A stretch of 64,000 nt of DNA, from positions 103,542,001-103,606,000 of the forward strand of contig NC_086097.1 of assembly GCF_963921235.1 (NCBI RefSeq). Direction: 5' to 3'. The stretch comes from Mobula hypostoma. Its lineage: Eukaryota. Shown here piece after piece: positions 48,785 to 62,690 of this stretch (the stretch's first letter is position 1; each line of letters begins with the position of its first letter). Both the position numbers and the translations under genes were made by a program. Below the pieces are notes generated by a model. The model ran no database searches, was not told the origin of the DNA, and worked only from the letters and a program-made list of their open reading frames with translations.

Positions 48785-50284
48785 TGTTAGCCAGAAAGAA
48801 TGACAATTTACAAATCAGTGAATTCAAATGAATCAAGGACAGTGGAAGCAGACAGACTAATTGGCTTTGTTCTTGCTGCATGCTTGGGGATGGAGACTGC
48901 CATTTTGTGAGCCTGACATGCTGGGCTTGATCAATGTTTCAAAGAAGACACAATGATACTTCAGGTAATCTGCTAGACTGGAGATAATTTCCGAATAAGT
49001 TGTTATTTGTGAGATGTTCTTTGTTTGGCTATAACATGCAGGCTTGTGAATGTTGGGGTTGATGCCTGCCTAGAGTGATTCAAGCTCATTGCTGATTGAG
49101 AACAAAGAGCCGTAAATTATCGACTGTCACTTGATGGGAAGGGGGCAATAAATGGATGCTGGCTTGGAGCAAAGCCAATAACAAGGTATTAAAGGACAGA
49201 CACATGACCTGTGGCCAATGACACTGGAATGCGATATTCAAATTGATAAGGAATGAATATAAAAGTAGATGCTTCGTGCCTGCTGGCAACGGTAACTTCA
49301 AAGAATAACCATCGCAGATACAAGTGTGAGCAACCCTGCATGAAACACGTGGCAAATGAATTGAGACAACAAAGAACGCCTGGCCAGTGTAGACTCCTTT
49401 GCCTGGGTAATACCTTTGCTATTTTTTTAGATTATGACGACATTCAGTCTTCGTTTATTGTCATTTAGAAATGCATGCATTAAGAATGATACAAGGTTCC
49501 TCCAGAGTGATATCACAGAAACACAAGACAGACCAAGACTAAAACTGACAAAAACCACATAATTATAACATATAGTTATAACAGTGCAAAGCAATACCGT
49601 AATTTGATAAAAGCAGACCATGGGCACGGTAAAATAAACGTCTCAAAGTCCCAAAAGTCCCAACATCTCACGCAGACGGTAGAAGGGAGAAAATCTCCCT
49701 GCCATGAGCCTCCAGCGCCACAAACTTGCTGATGCAGCATCCTGGAAGCACCCGACCACAGTCCGACTGAGACCGTCCGAAAACTTAGAGCCTCCAACCA
49801 GCCCTCCGACACCGAGCACCGAGCACCATCTCTGCCGAGCGCTTTGACCCTGCCCTGGCTGCCGAGCAAAAAGCAAAGCCAAGGATTCGGGGCCTTCCCC
49901 TCCGGAGATTTCGGATCGCACAGTAGTGGTGGCAGCGAAACAGGTATTTCAGAAGTTTCACCAGATGTTCCTCTGTGCTCTCACGTCTGCCTCCATCAAA
50001 TCAGAATTGTGCACGGCCTCCTACTTAACAAATAACAGGTATTCGTCACAGGAGAGGCCACGCGCACTGTGTCATGCCGCCATCTTCTCCTCCTCCTTCT
50101 TTTCTCATTCTCCTCATTCTTTCTCTATTCAGGAGAGTCAAGGATACTTAGTGGGTGTGCACACAAAGTATCTACTGTATGAATTCACATACTTGTTGGT
50201 TTAAAAAGTAAAGGTACTTGTCAGTAAATACAGATCTCTCTGTGCCTCACTAATCATCGTTATAGGTAGTATTTTTTTTTTACA
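48785..50284. mobile_element. Solo LTR-like insertion, itself interrupted
   Basis: TGT...ACA termini, exact 4-bp TSD ATGC; the host LINE rejoins across it. Confidence 0.75.
49428..50097 (-). mobile_element. Non-autonomous Rex1/Babar-type element (5' UTR-like plus 3' UTR-like, no RT)
   Basis: Starts GGAGAAGATGGCGG (cf. AAGATGGCG at the 5' end of the element ending at 60750); ends AAATGACAATAAA plus a short tail; GC/CpG-rich. Confidence 0.65.
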
Positions 50285-51652
50285 ATGCCAAACACCATAA
50301 GCAGCAAGTAACAGACAGAGCTAAGTGGTCCCACAACCAATGGATCAGATCTAAGCTCTGTAGTCCTGCCACATCCAGCCACAAATGGTGGTGGACAATC
50401 AAACAACTCACTGGAGAAGGCTCACAAATATCCCCACCCTCAATGACAGAGGAGCCCAGCACACTTGTGCAAAAGATAAGGCTGAGGCATTTGCAACAAT
50501 CTTCAATCAGAAGCGACGAGTAGATGATCCAGCTTGGCCTCCTCCAGAAGTCCCCAACATCCCAGATGTCAGTATGCAGCCAATCTGACTCACTCCATGT
50601 GATACCAAGAAACAGCTGAAAGTACTGGATACTGCCAAAGCTATGGGCCCAAACAAAATCCCAGCAATGGTTCTGAAGGCTTGTGCTCCAGAACTTGCCA
50701 CACTAGCCAAGCTGTTCCAGTACAGCTACAACACCAGCATCTACCCAGCAATGTGGAAAATTGCCCAGGTATGTCCTGGACACAAGAAACAGGACAGGTC
50801 CAACCCAGCAAATACCACCTTATCAGCCTACTCTCAATCATCAGCAAAGTAAAGGAAGGGGTCATCAACAGTGTTATCATGCAGCAACAACCTGCTTACT
50901 GATGCCCAGTTTGGGTTCCATCAAGGCCACTCAGCTCCTGGCCTCATCACCTCCTCGGCTCAAACATGGACCAAAGAGCTATATACCAGAGGTGAGGTGA
51001 GCTGAGAGTGATAGACCTCGACATCAAGGCACCATTTGACTGAGTAGGGCATCAAGGTGTCCTAGTTAAAATGGAGTCAATGGGAATTAGGGGGAAACCC
51101 TCCACTGGTTGGAATCATACCTGACACAAAGGAAGATGGTTGTGGTGGTTGGAGGTCAATCATCTCATCCTCAAGACATCACTGTAGGAGTTCCTCGAGG
51201 AAGTATCCTAGGACCAACCATCTTTACCTGCTTCATCAATGACCTCCATAAGGTCAGAAGTGGGGATGTTTGCAGATGACTGCACAATGTTCTGCACCAT
51301 TTGTGACTCCTCAGATAGTGAAGCAGCTCATACCCAAATGCAGCAGGACCTGGACAATATCCAGTCTTGGGCTGACAAGTGGCAAGTAACATTCCAGCCA
51401 TACAAGTGCCAGGCAATGACCATCTCCAACGAGAGAGGCTCTAACCATCGTCCCTTAACATTCAGTGGCATCACCATTATTGAATCCCGTTCAATCAACA
51501 TCCTGAGGGTTACCATTGACAGGAAACTGAACTGGTCTAGCCATATAAACACCGTGGCCACCAGAGCAGGTCAAAGGCTAGGAAACCTGCGGCGCGCAAC
51601 TCACCTCTTGACTCCCCAAAGCCTGTCCACTACCTACAAAGCTCAAGTCAGG

Positions 51653-53248
51653 CTCAAATACCCCTTCCCCACACGAAACCACCACGGTGGGCTTCACAGC
51701 TGAACAGGTGAGAAGACAGCTGAAACATCTCAACCCAAGCATGGCTGCAGGACTGGGTGCTGTTAGTACCAGGGTGCTCAAAGCCTGTGCCCTCAGCTAT
51801 GTGGAGTACTGTGCCATGTCTTCAACCTGAGCCTCCAGCTCCGGAGGGTTCCTGTGCTGTGAAAGACGCCCTGCCTCGTCCCTGTGCCGAAGACGCCGCG
51901 TCCCAGCGGCCTCAATGACTACAGACCGGTGTCATTGACCTCCCACATCATGAAGACCCTGGAGAGACTTGTTCTGGAGCTGCTCCGGCCTATGGTCAGG
52001 CGACACTTAGATCCCCTCTAGTTTGCCTACCAGCCCCGACTAGGAGTTGAAGATGCCATCGTCTACCTGCTGAACCGTGTCTATGCCCACCTGGACAAGC
52101 CAGCGAGCTCTGTGAGGGTCATGTTTTTTGACTTCTCCAGTGCGTTCAACACCATCCGCCCTGCTCTGCTGGGGGAGAAGCTGACAGTGACGCAGGTGGA
52201 TGCTTTCCTGGTGTCATGGATTCTTGATTACCTAACTGGCAGATCACAGTATGTGTGCTTGCAACACTGTGTGTCCAACAGAGTGATCAGCAGCACTGGG
52301 GCTCCACAGGGGACTGTCTTGTCTCCCTTTCTCTTCACCATTTACACCTCGGACTTCAACTACTGCACAGAGTCTTGTCATCTTCAGAAGTTTTCTGATG
52401 ATTCTGCCATAGTTGGATGCATCAGCAGGGGAGATGAGGCTGAGTACCGGGCTACGGTAGGAAACTTTGTCACATGGTGTGAGCAGAATTATCTGCAGCT
52501 TAATGTGAAAAAGACTTAGGAGCTGGTGGTAGACCTGAGGAGAGCTAAGGTACCGGTGACCCCTGTTTCCATCCAGGGGGTCAGTGTGGACATGGTGGAG
52601 GATTACAAATACCTGGGGATACGAATTGACAATAAACTGGACTGGTCAAAGAACACTGAGGCTGTCTACAAGAAGGGTCAGAACCATCTCTATTTCCTGA
52701 GGAGACTGAGGTCCTTTAACATCTGTTGATCGATGCTGAGGATGTTCTACGAGTCTGTGGTGGCCAGTGCGATCATTTTTGCTGTTGTGTGCTGGGACAG
52801 CAGGCTGAGGGTAGCAGTCACCAACAGAATCAACAAATTCATTCGTAAGGCCAGTGATGTTGTGGGGATGGAACTGGACTCTCTGATGGTGGTGTCTGAA
52901 AAGAGGATGCTGTCTAAGTTGCATGCCATCTTGGACAATGTCTCCCATCCACTACATAATGTACTGGTTGGGTACAGGAGTACATTCAGCCAGAGACTCA
53001 TTCCACCGAGATGCAACACAGAGCGTCATAGGATGTCATTCCTGCCTGCGGCCATCAAACGTTACAACTCCTCCCTTGGAGGGTCAGACACCCTGAGCCA
53101 ATAGGCTGGTCCTGGACTTATTTCCTGGCATAATTTACATATTACTGTTTAATTATTTATGGTTTTATTACTATTTAATTATTTATGGTGCAACTGTAAC
53201 GAAAACCAATTTCCCCCGGGATCAATAAAGTATGACTATGACTCTGAA
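51653..53248 (+). mobile_element. 5'-truncated Rex1-like LINE
   Basis: MFFDFSSAFNTI, GAPQGTVLSPFLF, QKFSDD, YKYLG; 3' end GGGATCAATAAAGTATGACTATGACT. Confidence 0.92.
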
Positions 53249-56200
53249 GAGTGAAATGGAATACTCGCACTCTCCTGGATAAGTGCAGCTCCATCAACAC
53301 TCAAGAAGCTTGACACCATCTAGTACAAGGCAGCCCACTTGATTTGTACCCCTTCCACAAGCATCCAATCCCTCCACCATCAACGAACAATTGCAGCAGT
53401 GTGTACCAGCTACAAGATGCACTGTAACAACACAGCAAAGTTTTCAAGGCAGCATCTTCCAGACCCACAACCACTACTGAGAAGAAGGATGAGAACAACA
53501 GATACCTGGGAACACCACCACTTGGAAATCCCCCTCCAAGTCTCTCATCCTGACTTGGAGACATATCACTGTTCCTTCATTGTCACTGGGTCAAAATCAT
53601 GGAATTCCCTCCCTAACAGCACTGTGGGTGTACCTACACCTCAGGAACTACAGCGGTTCAAGGCGGCAGTTCATCACCACCTTCTCAAGGGCATCTAGGG
53701 ATGGGCAATAAACACTGGCTTAGCTGCCAATGTCCCGTAAATGAATATTAAAATAATCTTTGGCTAGTAAGGTGTAGGGTGTCAGACTGTGGCTCCAGCT
53801 ATTGCACTGCAGCAAGCAGCCCAGCAGTTCCTAAGGTACACGAAAGATAGAAAAATCTTAAGTAAACAAACATCTCTGAGAGCTGCTGATGTGAATATTT
53901 ACAATTTGAGATTGCAACAGAGAGAGGGGTAACAGAGATTGCAGCTTCAATGCAATTTCTTGCCTTTACACCCTTATTGCTTTCCAGATGCCCACATTCC
54001 ACAGCCATGGCGGACACTGACTGTGAGGTGGGAATGCCAAACTGAAGTCTGGGACAGAATTATCAGTGCACAGTAAAACAGAAGTCAGAAAGTCGAGCCC
54101 AGACAAATGATTTTTCTAAAGCTGCAAGGGAAACAAATGAATAGATAATACAAACATAAAAATAATCGATAATAAAGAAATGCATGTTAAACTTCAGTTT
54201 GCTTCCATTTTACTATAATCTATTACCATACCTATGCTCAGAAACTAAATACACATATTGCTAGGAAACTTAGGTGCTGACTTACTGAAAGCAGGAGAGG
54301 CATGACATGGCGTAAGGAAGTCAATAGGGCAAAGAGGGGGCCATGAAATATCATTGCTGGACAAGATTAAGGAAGATTTCTATGTATTTTTTAAAATTAT
54401 AGTAGAGGCAAAAGGATAACTAGGAAGCAAGTGAGAGGCACAAATGGCAGTCTGTGTTGAGCTAAAAGATGTAGTCGTAATTTTAAATGATATCTTTCAT
54501 CTCCACTCATGGAGGAAAAGGATCTGAGGTTGGAGAACTCAGGGAGTGAAATTTTTGAACAAGTTATCACTAAAAGGAGGTATCAGATGTCTTATTGGGC
54601 TTAAAGATAAATAAATTCCAGAACCTTATAAGATGCAGCCCAGATGAGAGGAGAGGAGGGAAGGGAAGAGATGACTGGTAACCTGACAGACTGGCAGCTA
54701 TGTCCTGTATAGTGTAGAGTTTTTGAGTGTTATTGAAGTTGCACTCAACCAGATAAGTGGAGATCATTCTGTCACACTCCTGACTTGTGGCTTGGAGACA
54801 ATAGTTAGGATTTGAGGAGTGAAGAAGTGATGTTTTGCGGGCTGCTTACAAAACTACAAGATATTCTATACTTCTTCTGAGCTGCAATTGCTGCAATCTG
54901 CAGCCTGTAACTAACTTCTGAACTGTCTAAAGTTTAGACTCTAAATGAACTAGTGATTTTATGATCTCCTGAAGAATTCAGCAAACTTGACTCTCAGGAA
55001 CAGAGGAAAACAAACTGGTGTTCAGCCCCAATACTCTGTGCCTGCCAAGATCTCCCACCTGAGCCTGTCGCACCTGCCTGTGTTTGACCTGTCTTCCTCT
55101 CTTCTGCAGGAGTCCTGGGTTCCACACCACCTGGTTGTTCAGGAACAGTTGTTGCCCTATAGCCATTGGGCTCCTAGGCCAGCAAGGATGGCTGCACTCG
55201 TCTCACCGCTGAACTGACTACACAGTCACTTTTGGGGACTCTGTCCTGGTTATGTATGGATTTTCATAGATTCTATTATATTCCTTTATTTTCCTGTAGG
55301 TGCCTGCAAGAAAATGAATCCCAAGCTATACAAATTTTGAAAATAAATTTACTTTGAATATGAATGGTGAATTTTGAGATTATTAGTCCCTGACTTGCTC
55401 TTGTAACCACAGGTGAGGTGCCAGATGACTGGAAGACAGAAGTGATTTCTCTGTTGATGAATTATCAAATGGATAAACTGGGGAATTACAAGTCAGCAAG
55501 TCTCCTGACAGTGGGAGGAACATCATTGCCAAGATATCTTCATAAAGCGACATATTGAATTGCAGGAATTAATCAAAGGTAATCACCGTGACCTTGTGGG
55601 AATGTCCTGTCTGAAGACTATGACTGATTTTTTCCAGAGGTAACAAAATGACGAGAGTGGTGTAGTTTAATTTAAGGAATGTGGATTTCAGATGCTAAAT
55701 CAGCATTTAATTACACAACCCTTGTTACCCTTGAGAAGGTGGTGGTGATCAGCGTTGGAATTTTTACTCTCAAAGGATTTGAATGTGAATGCAGATGACA
55801 TGAAGATTAGCAGTGTTGTCCAGAGAGGGTAGCCTTAGGCTACCGCATGCTATAGATCAGTGAATAACATAGGCAGACGGATTTCAATCTTGATAAGAGT
55901 GAGATGATGTACTTTGGGAGGATTAGTGAGGCTTGAACATAAACAATGTATGGTGGGGTAGAAGGAATATTAAGGGACAAATGTAACTTGGCATAAGTGA
56001 TGCTGGCCTTCATTATCCAATGCAAAGAACACAAGAGGACCTCTGGAAAATGATGCTGGAGAGGTAGTACCGGGGGACAAGGGAGTGACAGACAAACTGA
56101 ATAGTATTTTGCATCAGTCTTCACTGTGGAAGACACTAACAGTATGCCGGAGGTTCAAGAGTGTCGGGGGAAAAGTGTGAGTGAAGTTGCCATTACTAGG

Positions 56201-56409
56201 GAGAAGGTGCTTGAGAAACTATAAGGTCTCAAGGTAGATAATTCACCTATATGGACTATACCCTAGAGTTCTGAAAGAGATGGATGAAGAGATTGTGGAG
56301 GCATTAGTAACAATCTTTCAAGAATCAATAGATGCTGGTATGGTTCTGGAGGACTGGAAAATTGCAAATGTAACAATGTAACTCCACTCTTCAAGAAAGG
56401 AGAAGGCTA

Positions 56410-59400
56410 GTGCTGCACAGGGGTGGGGGGGGGGGGTTAAACTAAAGTTGCATGGGGATGGAAACCAGACAGATAGTGGAGAGGCTGTGGACACAAATGT
56501 TAAGACCTCAAACAAAGCCAGGAATCAAAAGCTTGAGCATGGTGCGACTAATGCCCTGAGCTGCGTATATTTCAATGCAAGACGTATTGTAGGAAAGGCA
56601 GATGAGCTCAGGGCAAAGATCAACATCTGGAATTATGATATTGTTGCCATTAGTGAGACTTGGTTGCAGGAGGGGCAGGACTGACAGCTCAATATCCTGG
56701 GGTTCTGTTGTTTTAGACGTGACAGGGTGGGAGAGATTAAAGGAGGGGTGGCATTACTAGTCAGGGATATGATCATGGCAGTGCTCAGCCTGGACAGACT
56801 GGAGAACTCAACTAGTCAGGCGTTACGGGTGGAACTGAGTAATAAGAAAAGAACAACCACATTAATGTGGCTATGTTATAGACCACACAACAGCACAAGG
56901 GATTTACGGACTGTTTCAAGAAACAAGGTTGTTATAGGAGGTGATTTTAACTTCCCACATATTGACTGGGATTCCCATACTGTAAAAGGACTAGATGTGA
57001 TAAAGTTTGTCAAATGTGTTCAGGAAAGTTTTCTCAATCAATAACCTAGAAGTTCCAATAGAGAGTGTGCAATACTTGATTCATTATTGGGGAATGAGAC
57101 AGGGCAGGTGACAGAAGTTTGTGTAGGGGGACACTTTGCATCCAGTGATCACAATGGCATTAGCTTCAAAGTAAATATGCAAAAACATCGGTCTGATTCA
57201 TGGGTTGAGATTCTAAACTGGAGAAAGACCAATTTTGACGGTATCAGAAAGGATCTGGCAAGTGTGGATTGGGACAGGCTGGTTTCTGGCAAGCGTGTAC
57301 TTGGTAAATGGGAGGCCTTCAAAAGTGAAATTTTGACACTACAAAGCTCGTATGTGCCTGTCAGAATAAAAGGTAAAGATACTGGGTGTAGGGACCTTGG
57401 TTTTAAAGAGATATTGAGGCCCGAGTTAAGAAAAAATGGAGGTGCACTGCAGGTATAGACAGGTAGGAACACTTGAGCTGCTTATAGAGTATAAGAAATA
57501 CAAAAGAACACTTAAGAGAGAAATTGGGAGGGCTAAAAGAAGGCATGAGGCTGCCCATGTAGGCAAGATTAAGGGGAATCCTAAGAGGTTCTACAGATAT
57601 GTTAAGAGCAAAAGGAACAAAATGGATTGTAGGGACAAAATTGGTCCTCTGAAAGATCAGAATGGTAATCTACACGTGGAGCCAAAAGAGATTTGGGGGG
57701 GGGGATCTTAAATGTATATTTTCCATCTGCCTCTACTCGGGAGACAGACAGAGTCCATAGAAGTAAGGAAAAATGGCATCAACTTCATGGACTCTATACA
57801 GATTAGAGGAGGAGGTGTTCATTGTCTTGAAGCAAATAAATCCCCAGGGTCTGTCAAGGTGATCCCCTGGACATTGTGGAAGGCAAGTGCAGAAGTTGCC
57901 AGAGAGATTTAAATTGAACTTAATTGACTTTATTTCTTACATCCTTCACATACATGAAGAGTAAAAATCTTTCTGTAATGTCTTGGTGGAAGAAGCTGGC
58001 CTAGAGCCTGTTGGTTCTGGATTTTATGCTACGGTACCGTTTCCCGGATGGTAGCAGCTGGAACAGTTTGTAGTTGGGGTGACTTGGGTCCCCAATGATC
58101 CTTCGGGCCCTTTTTACACGCCTGTCTTTGTAAGTGTCCTGAATAGTGGGAAGATCATATCCAAAGATGCGCTGGGCTGTCTGCACCACTCTCTGCAGAG
58201 TCCTGCGATTGAGGAAGGTACAGTTCCCATACCAGGCAGTGATACAGTCAGTTAGAATGCTTTCAATTATGTCCCTGTAGAAAGTCCTTAGGATTTGGGG
58301 ACATATGCCGAACTTCTTCAACCGTCTGAGGTGAAAGAGGTGCTGCTGTGCTTTTTCCACTACACAGCCAGTGTGTACAGACCACGTGAGATCCTCAGTG
58401 ATGTGTATACTGAGGGACTGAAGCTGTTCATCCTCTCAACCCCAGATCCAATGATATGAATAGGGGTGAGCCTGTCTCCATTCCTCCTGTAGTCCATAAA
58501 CAGCTCCTTTGTTTTTGCGACTTGAGGGAGAGGTTCTTGACACCACTGTATCAGGGTGATGACTTCTTCTCTGTAGGCTGCCTTGTTATTATTTGAGATA
58601 AGGCCAATCAATGTAGTATCATCTGCAAATTTAATTAGCAGATTAGAGCTGTGGGTAGCTGTACAGAGAGTAAAGGAAGGGGTCTTAAGACATAGCCCTT
58701 GGGGGTCGGGGGGCAGAGGTGAGGGAGCCCACTCTTACCACCTGCGGGCGATCTGACACAGGAAGTTCAGGATCCAGCTGCATAAGGCAGGTTGAAGGCT
58801 GAGGTCTCTGAGCTTCTTGGAGGGAAGGAATTATGGTGTTGAATGCTGAACTGTAGTCCAAGGACAGCATTCTCACATACGCATCCCTCTTCTCCAGATG
58901 TGCAAGGACGGTGTGTAGAGCTGTGGCTATTGCGTCACCTGTCCATTGGTTGTGTCGGTAGGCGAATTGTAGGGGGTCCAGTGTGGGTGGTAGCAAGCTG
59001 CAGATGTAAGTCCTTGACCAGCCTCTCAAAGCATTTGCTTATTATCTGAGGTGAGTGCAACAGGACACCAGTGGTTCAGACATGTTACCTTGGTCTTTTT
59101 ATTTTCAAGGACAATGGTGGATGTTTTGAAGCAAGAGAGCACTCTACACTGGGAGAGGGAGAGATTAAAAATGTCTGCAAACACACCTGCCAGTTGTGCC
59201 GCACACTCTGAGTACTTGCCGTGGGACGCTGTCTGGTCCCGCAGCCTTACAACTGTCCACTCAGAAACACATGTGTACTTCGGCCTCAGAGATGACCAAG
59301 CCTCTGGTCGCGTTGGCAGCCTAGTGTTGGCAACATTGAACCGAGCGTAAAAAAGATTTAGATCATCTGGGAGAGAGACAGCGATGTTGGTACCACTGCA

Positions 59401-62170
59401 TTTAGTGATGTCATGCAGACCTTGCCATAAGCTGTGTGTGTTGTTGGTGAAGAGTTGAAGAGTTGTGTCTGAATCTTTTCCTTGTATTGTTGTTTCGCTG
59501 CCTTGATGACTTTGCATAGATCGTAGCTGCATTTCTTGAGTTCCTGGTGGTTACCGGTGCCAAAAGCTTTGTCTTGTGAGGTGAGTGCTGTGTGCACAGA
59601 GCTGTTGATCTAGGGTTTCTGGTTTTGATACACCCTGAACGATTTTTGGCGGGCAACATCCTTGATACACTTCCGGATGAAACTCATGACCCCTTCTGGG
59701 AACTTGGGAGCATCCTCATCACAAAATACATTCCAGTTGACATCCTGTAGCATGGAGACTGATTGGTTGGACCAACGGTGGATGGGTTTAACTATGGCCG
59801 CCTCTTGTTTCAGTTTCTGCCTATACACGGGCAGAAGCACGATGGAGGAGTGGTCAGACTTCTTAAACAGTGGACAGAGGAGCACTTTGTAAGCGTTGCA
59901 GAAGGGAGAGTGGCAGTGATCGAGTATGCTATCTCTTCGTGTGCTCACCTAGATGTGATGACAAAACTTCGGAGAGACCTTAGTCAGCAATACTTGATTA
60001 AAGTGTTCAGCGACAATGAAAGCAGCCTCTGGGTGTACAGTTCCTTGACAGCCAGGTCAGTATCAGCCTGTGTCAGGATATACACAGCTGAGTTAACAGC
60101 CGTGAACTCCTTAGACAGCCAGAAAGGTTTACACAGCAGCACAAGGTACTCCAGATCTCTGGAACAAAAGGATTTGAGAGCATGCACATTCCAGGGGTCA
60201 CACCAAGTATTACTGACCATGAAGCATACCCTTTACTCTTCCCAGAGAGATTTTTAGACCTGTTCGCCCAGAACAGGGAGCACCCAGAGGGCTTGATGGC
60301 GTCATCCAGTATCTCCTCCATCAGCCAGGTCTCCATGAAGCACAAAATGTTACATTCATTTGTTTCTTGCTGGTAGGAGATTCTGGCTCTCAGCTTGCAC
60401 AGCTTGTTGTCCAGGGACTGAATATCAACCAGAAGTATGCTAGGATGCAGCGGTCTCAACCTCATCACTCAATGCCAGCCCTTCTCCCTCACCTCCGGTG
60501 CTGCTTCTAAGGTAGTGACGGTGTAGTAAATGAGCCTCCCATGGATCATGTGTGCAGAGGTTCCCAGCGTAGAAAAGGCAGCATGCTGTGGGTAAATGCC
60601 GTCTTCCCGATGTTCAGAAGAGTCATTCATATGTGATGTGATTATCAGCTTCTTGAACAAGAGATGTGAAGGAAATTGCAGAAATTAGCAAAACACTGTA
60701 AAGATGGTATGGAGCTCGCACCACGGCTGCCGTACGCAGCGCCATCTTGACAGTTGTTCTTAGCGACAGGTGAGATGCCAGAGGACAGCCAAAGGTGTTC
60801 CACTGTTTAAGAAAAGCTCTAAAAATACACCAGGAAATTTATTCCACCTTTGTAAACAGGTGAGCCTGACATCAGTAGTGGGAAAATTATTAGAATCTAC
60901 TCTAAGGGACTGGATATGTGAGTATTTGGATAGACATGGACTGATTAAGGATAGTCAGCATGATGGTAGGTCATATCTAACCAATCTTATAGAGTTTTCG
61001 AGGAGGTTAGCAGGAAAATGGATAAAGGCAAGGCATTGGATGTTGCCTACATGGACTTAGCTAGGCATCTGACAATGTCCCGGATGGGAGGTTGTTCAAG
61101 AAGGTTCAGTTACTTAGCATTCAAGATGAGGTAATAAATTGGATTAGACATTGGCTTTGTGGGAGAAGCCAGAGAGTGGTTATAGATGGTTGCCTCTCTG
61201 ACTAGAGGCCTGTGACTAGAGCAGTGCCACAGGGATCATTGATGTGTCTGTTGTTGTTTGTCTATATCAGTTGTCTGGAAGATAACAAGATTGGGGGTGA
61301 AGTGAAGAGCGAGGAAGACTATCATGCTTGCAGTGGGATCTTGACCAGGTAGAAAAATGGCAGATTGAAATTAATGCACACAAGTGTGATGTGTTCTACT
61401 TTGGTAGACCAACCAGGGTAGGTCTTACACAGTGAATGGTAGGGCACTGAGGAGTGTGTTAGAACAAAGGGATCTGGGAATACAGGTCCATAATTCATTG
61501 AGAGTGGTGTCACAGGTTAATAGGGTCATAAAGAAAGCTTCTGGCACATTGGCCTTCATAAATCAAAGTATTGAGTACAGGAGAGTGGAGGTTATGTTGA
61601 AGTTGTATAAGACTTTGGTGAGGCCTAATCTGAAGTATAGTGTGCAGTTTTGGTCACCTGACCACAGGAAAGAGGTAAATAAGGTTGAAAGAGTACCGAG
61701 AAAATTTACAACCATGTTGCCGGATCTGGAGGACCTGAGTTATAAGGAAAGATTCAATAGGTTAGGACTTTATTCCTTGAATGCAGAAGATTTAGAGGAA
61801 ATTTGATAAAAGTATACAAAATTATGAGGAGCATAGATTGAGTAATTGCAAGCAGGCTCTTTCAACTGAGGCTGGGTGCAGGACAATTAGAGGTCATGGG
61901 TTAAGGGTGAAAGATGAAAAGTTTAAGGGAACATAAGGTGAAACTTCTTCACTCAGAGGGCCATGAGAGTGTGGAATGAGCTGCCAGCATAAGTGGTGCA
62001 TGCAAGCTTGATTTCAATGTTTAAGAGTAGTTTGGATAGGTACGCAGATGGTGGGAGTACCGAAGGCTACAGTCCCTGTGAAGGTGATGGAAGTAGGCAG
62101 CTTAAATATCTCAGCACAGACTAGATAGGCCAAAGGGCCTGTTTCTGTGCCATACTTTTCTGAAACTATG
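56410..62170 (+). mobile_element. CR1 LINE ORF2 (EN to 3' end), degenerate, split by a Rex1-like element
   Basis: YFNAR..AISETWL, GGDFNFP, SDHN; RT resumes at ~60755; 3' UTR ends at ~62170. Confidence 0.88.
57915..60750 (-). mobile_element. Near full-length degenerate Rex1/Babar-like LINE
   Basis: 5' AAGATGGCG; EN LCFMETWL and KSDH; RT LDPLQFAYR and LDYSSAFNTI; ESILTDCITAWYG; AATAAAGTCAATT tail. Confidence 0.9.
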
Positions 62171-62339
62171 TCTATTCCAGATAAGAGCTGGGATCAGAGG
62201 AGGGAAGAGGGTTGGTAGTGTCCGAGGAGAGGGGAGGGTTGGGGTTTCAGGGAAGGTGGGGTGGGAGGAAGATGGAGTCTCGAGGACTTGAGAAGCAGGG
62301 GATTGCAGAGTGGAGGTGGGGGAAGAAAAGAGCCACATA

Positions 62340-62690
62340 ACCATGTTAAAAGGCTGCGATAGAGTAAACATGGAGAGGATGTTTCCTATGGTGGGGGAGT
62401 CTAAGGCCAGAGGATACTGCCTCAGAATAGAGGGATGTCCATTTAGAACAGAGTTAAGGAGGAACTTGTTTAGTCAGAGAATGGTGAATCTGTGAAATCT
62501 GTTGCCATAGGTGGCTGTGGAGGCCAAGTCCATACATATTTAAGTGGAGGTTGGTTCTTGATTAGTTAGGCATAGGGAGAAGGCAGAACAGAGGTGAGAA
62601 GGGAAATGGATCAGTTATAATCAAATGGATGAGAAAACCCGATGGGCTGAATGGCCTAATTCTGCTCCTATGTCTTATGGTCTTATGGAA
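62340..62690 (+). mobile_element. CR1 3' fragment
   Basis: ERMFPMVGES..FSQRMVNL; CTTATGGT repeat tail. Confidence 0.85.

Larger units (their letters stand above)
47499..53753 (+). mobile_element. CR1/L2-group LINE with tRNA-SINE-like 5' head and a single EN-RT ORF (decayed, interrupted twice)
   Basis: A box TGGCGCAGTGG, B box GTTTGAATCC; EN VLLTNIW..LVKQQPDIVVLTE from ~47839; RT GVPRGSILGP and MFADD; C-terminus KSWNSLP..FKAAVHHHLLKG; tail GGGATGGGCAATAAA. Confidence 0.85.

Noticed and set aside
53960..54035. Plus-strand exon-like segment (TTGCTTTCCAG...GAG|GTGGGA)
   Set aside because: Isolated ~40 nt with no partner exons or recognisable peptide.
62185..62335. G-rich purine tract as a regulatory G-quadruplex
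   Set aside because: Low-complexity sequence between TE fragments, with nothing to support function.
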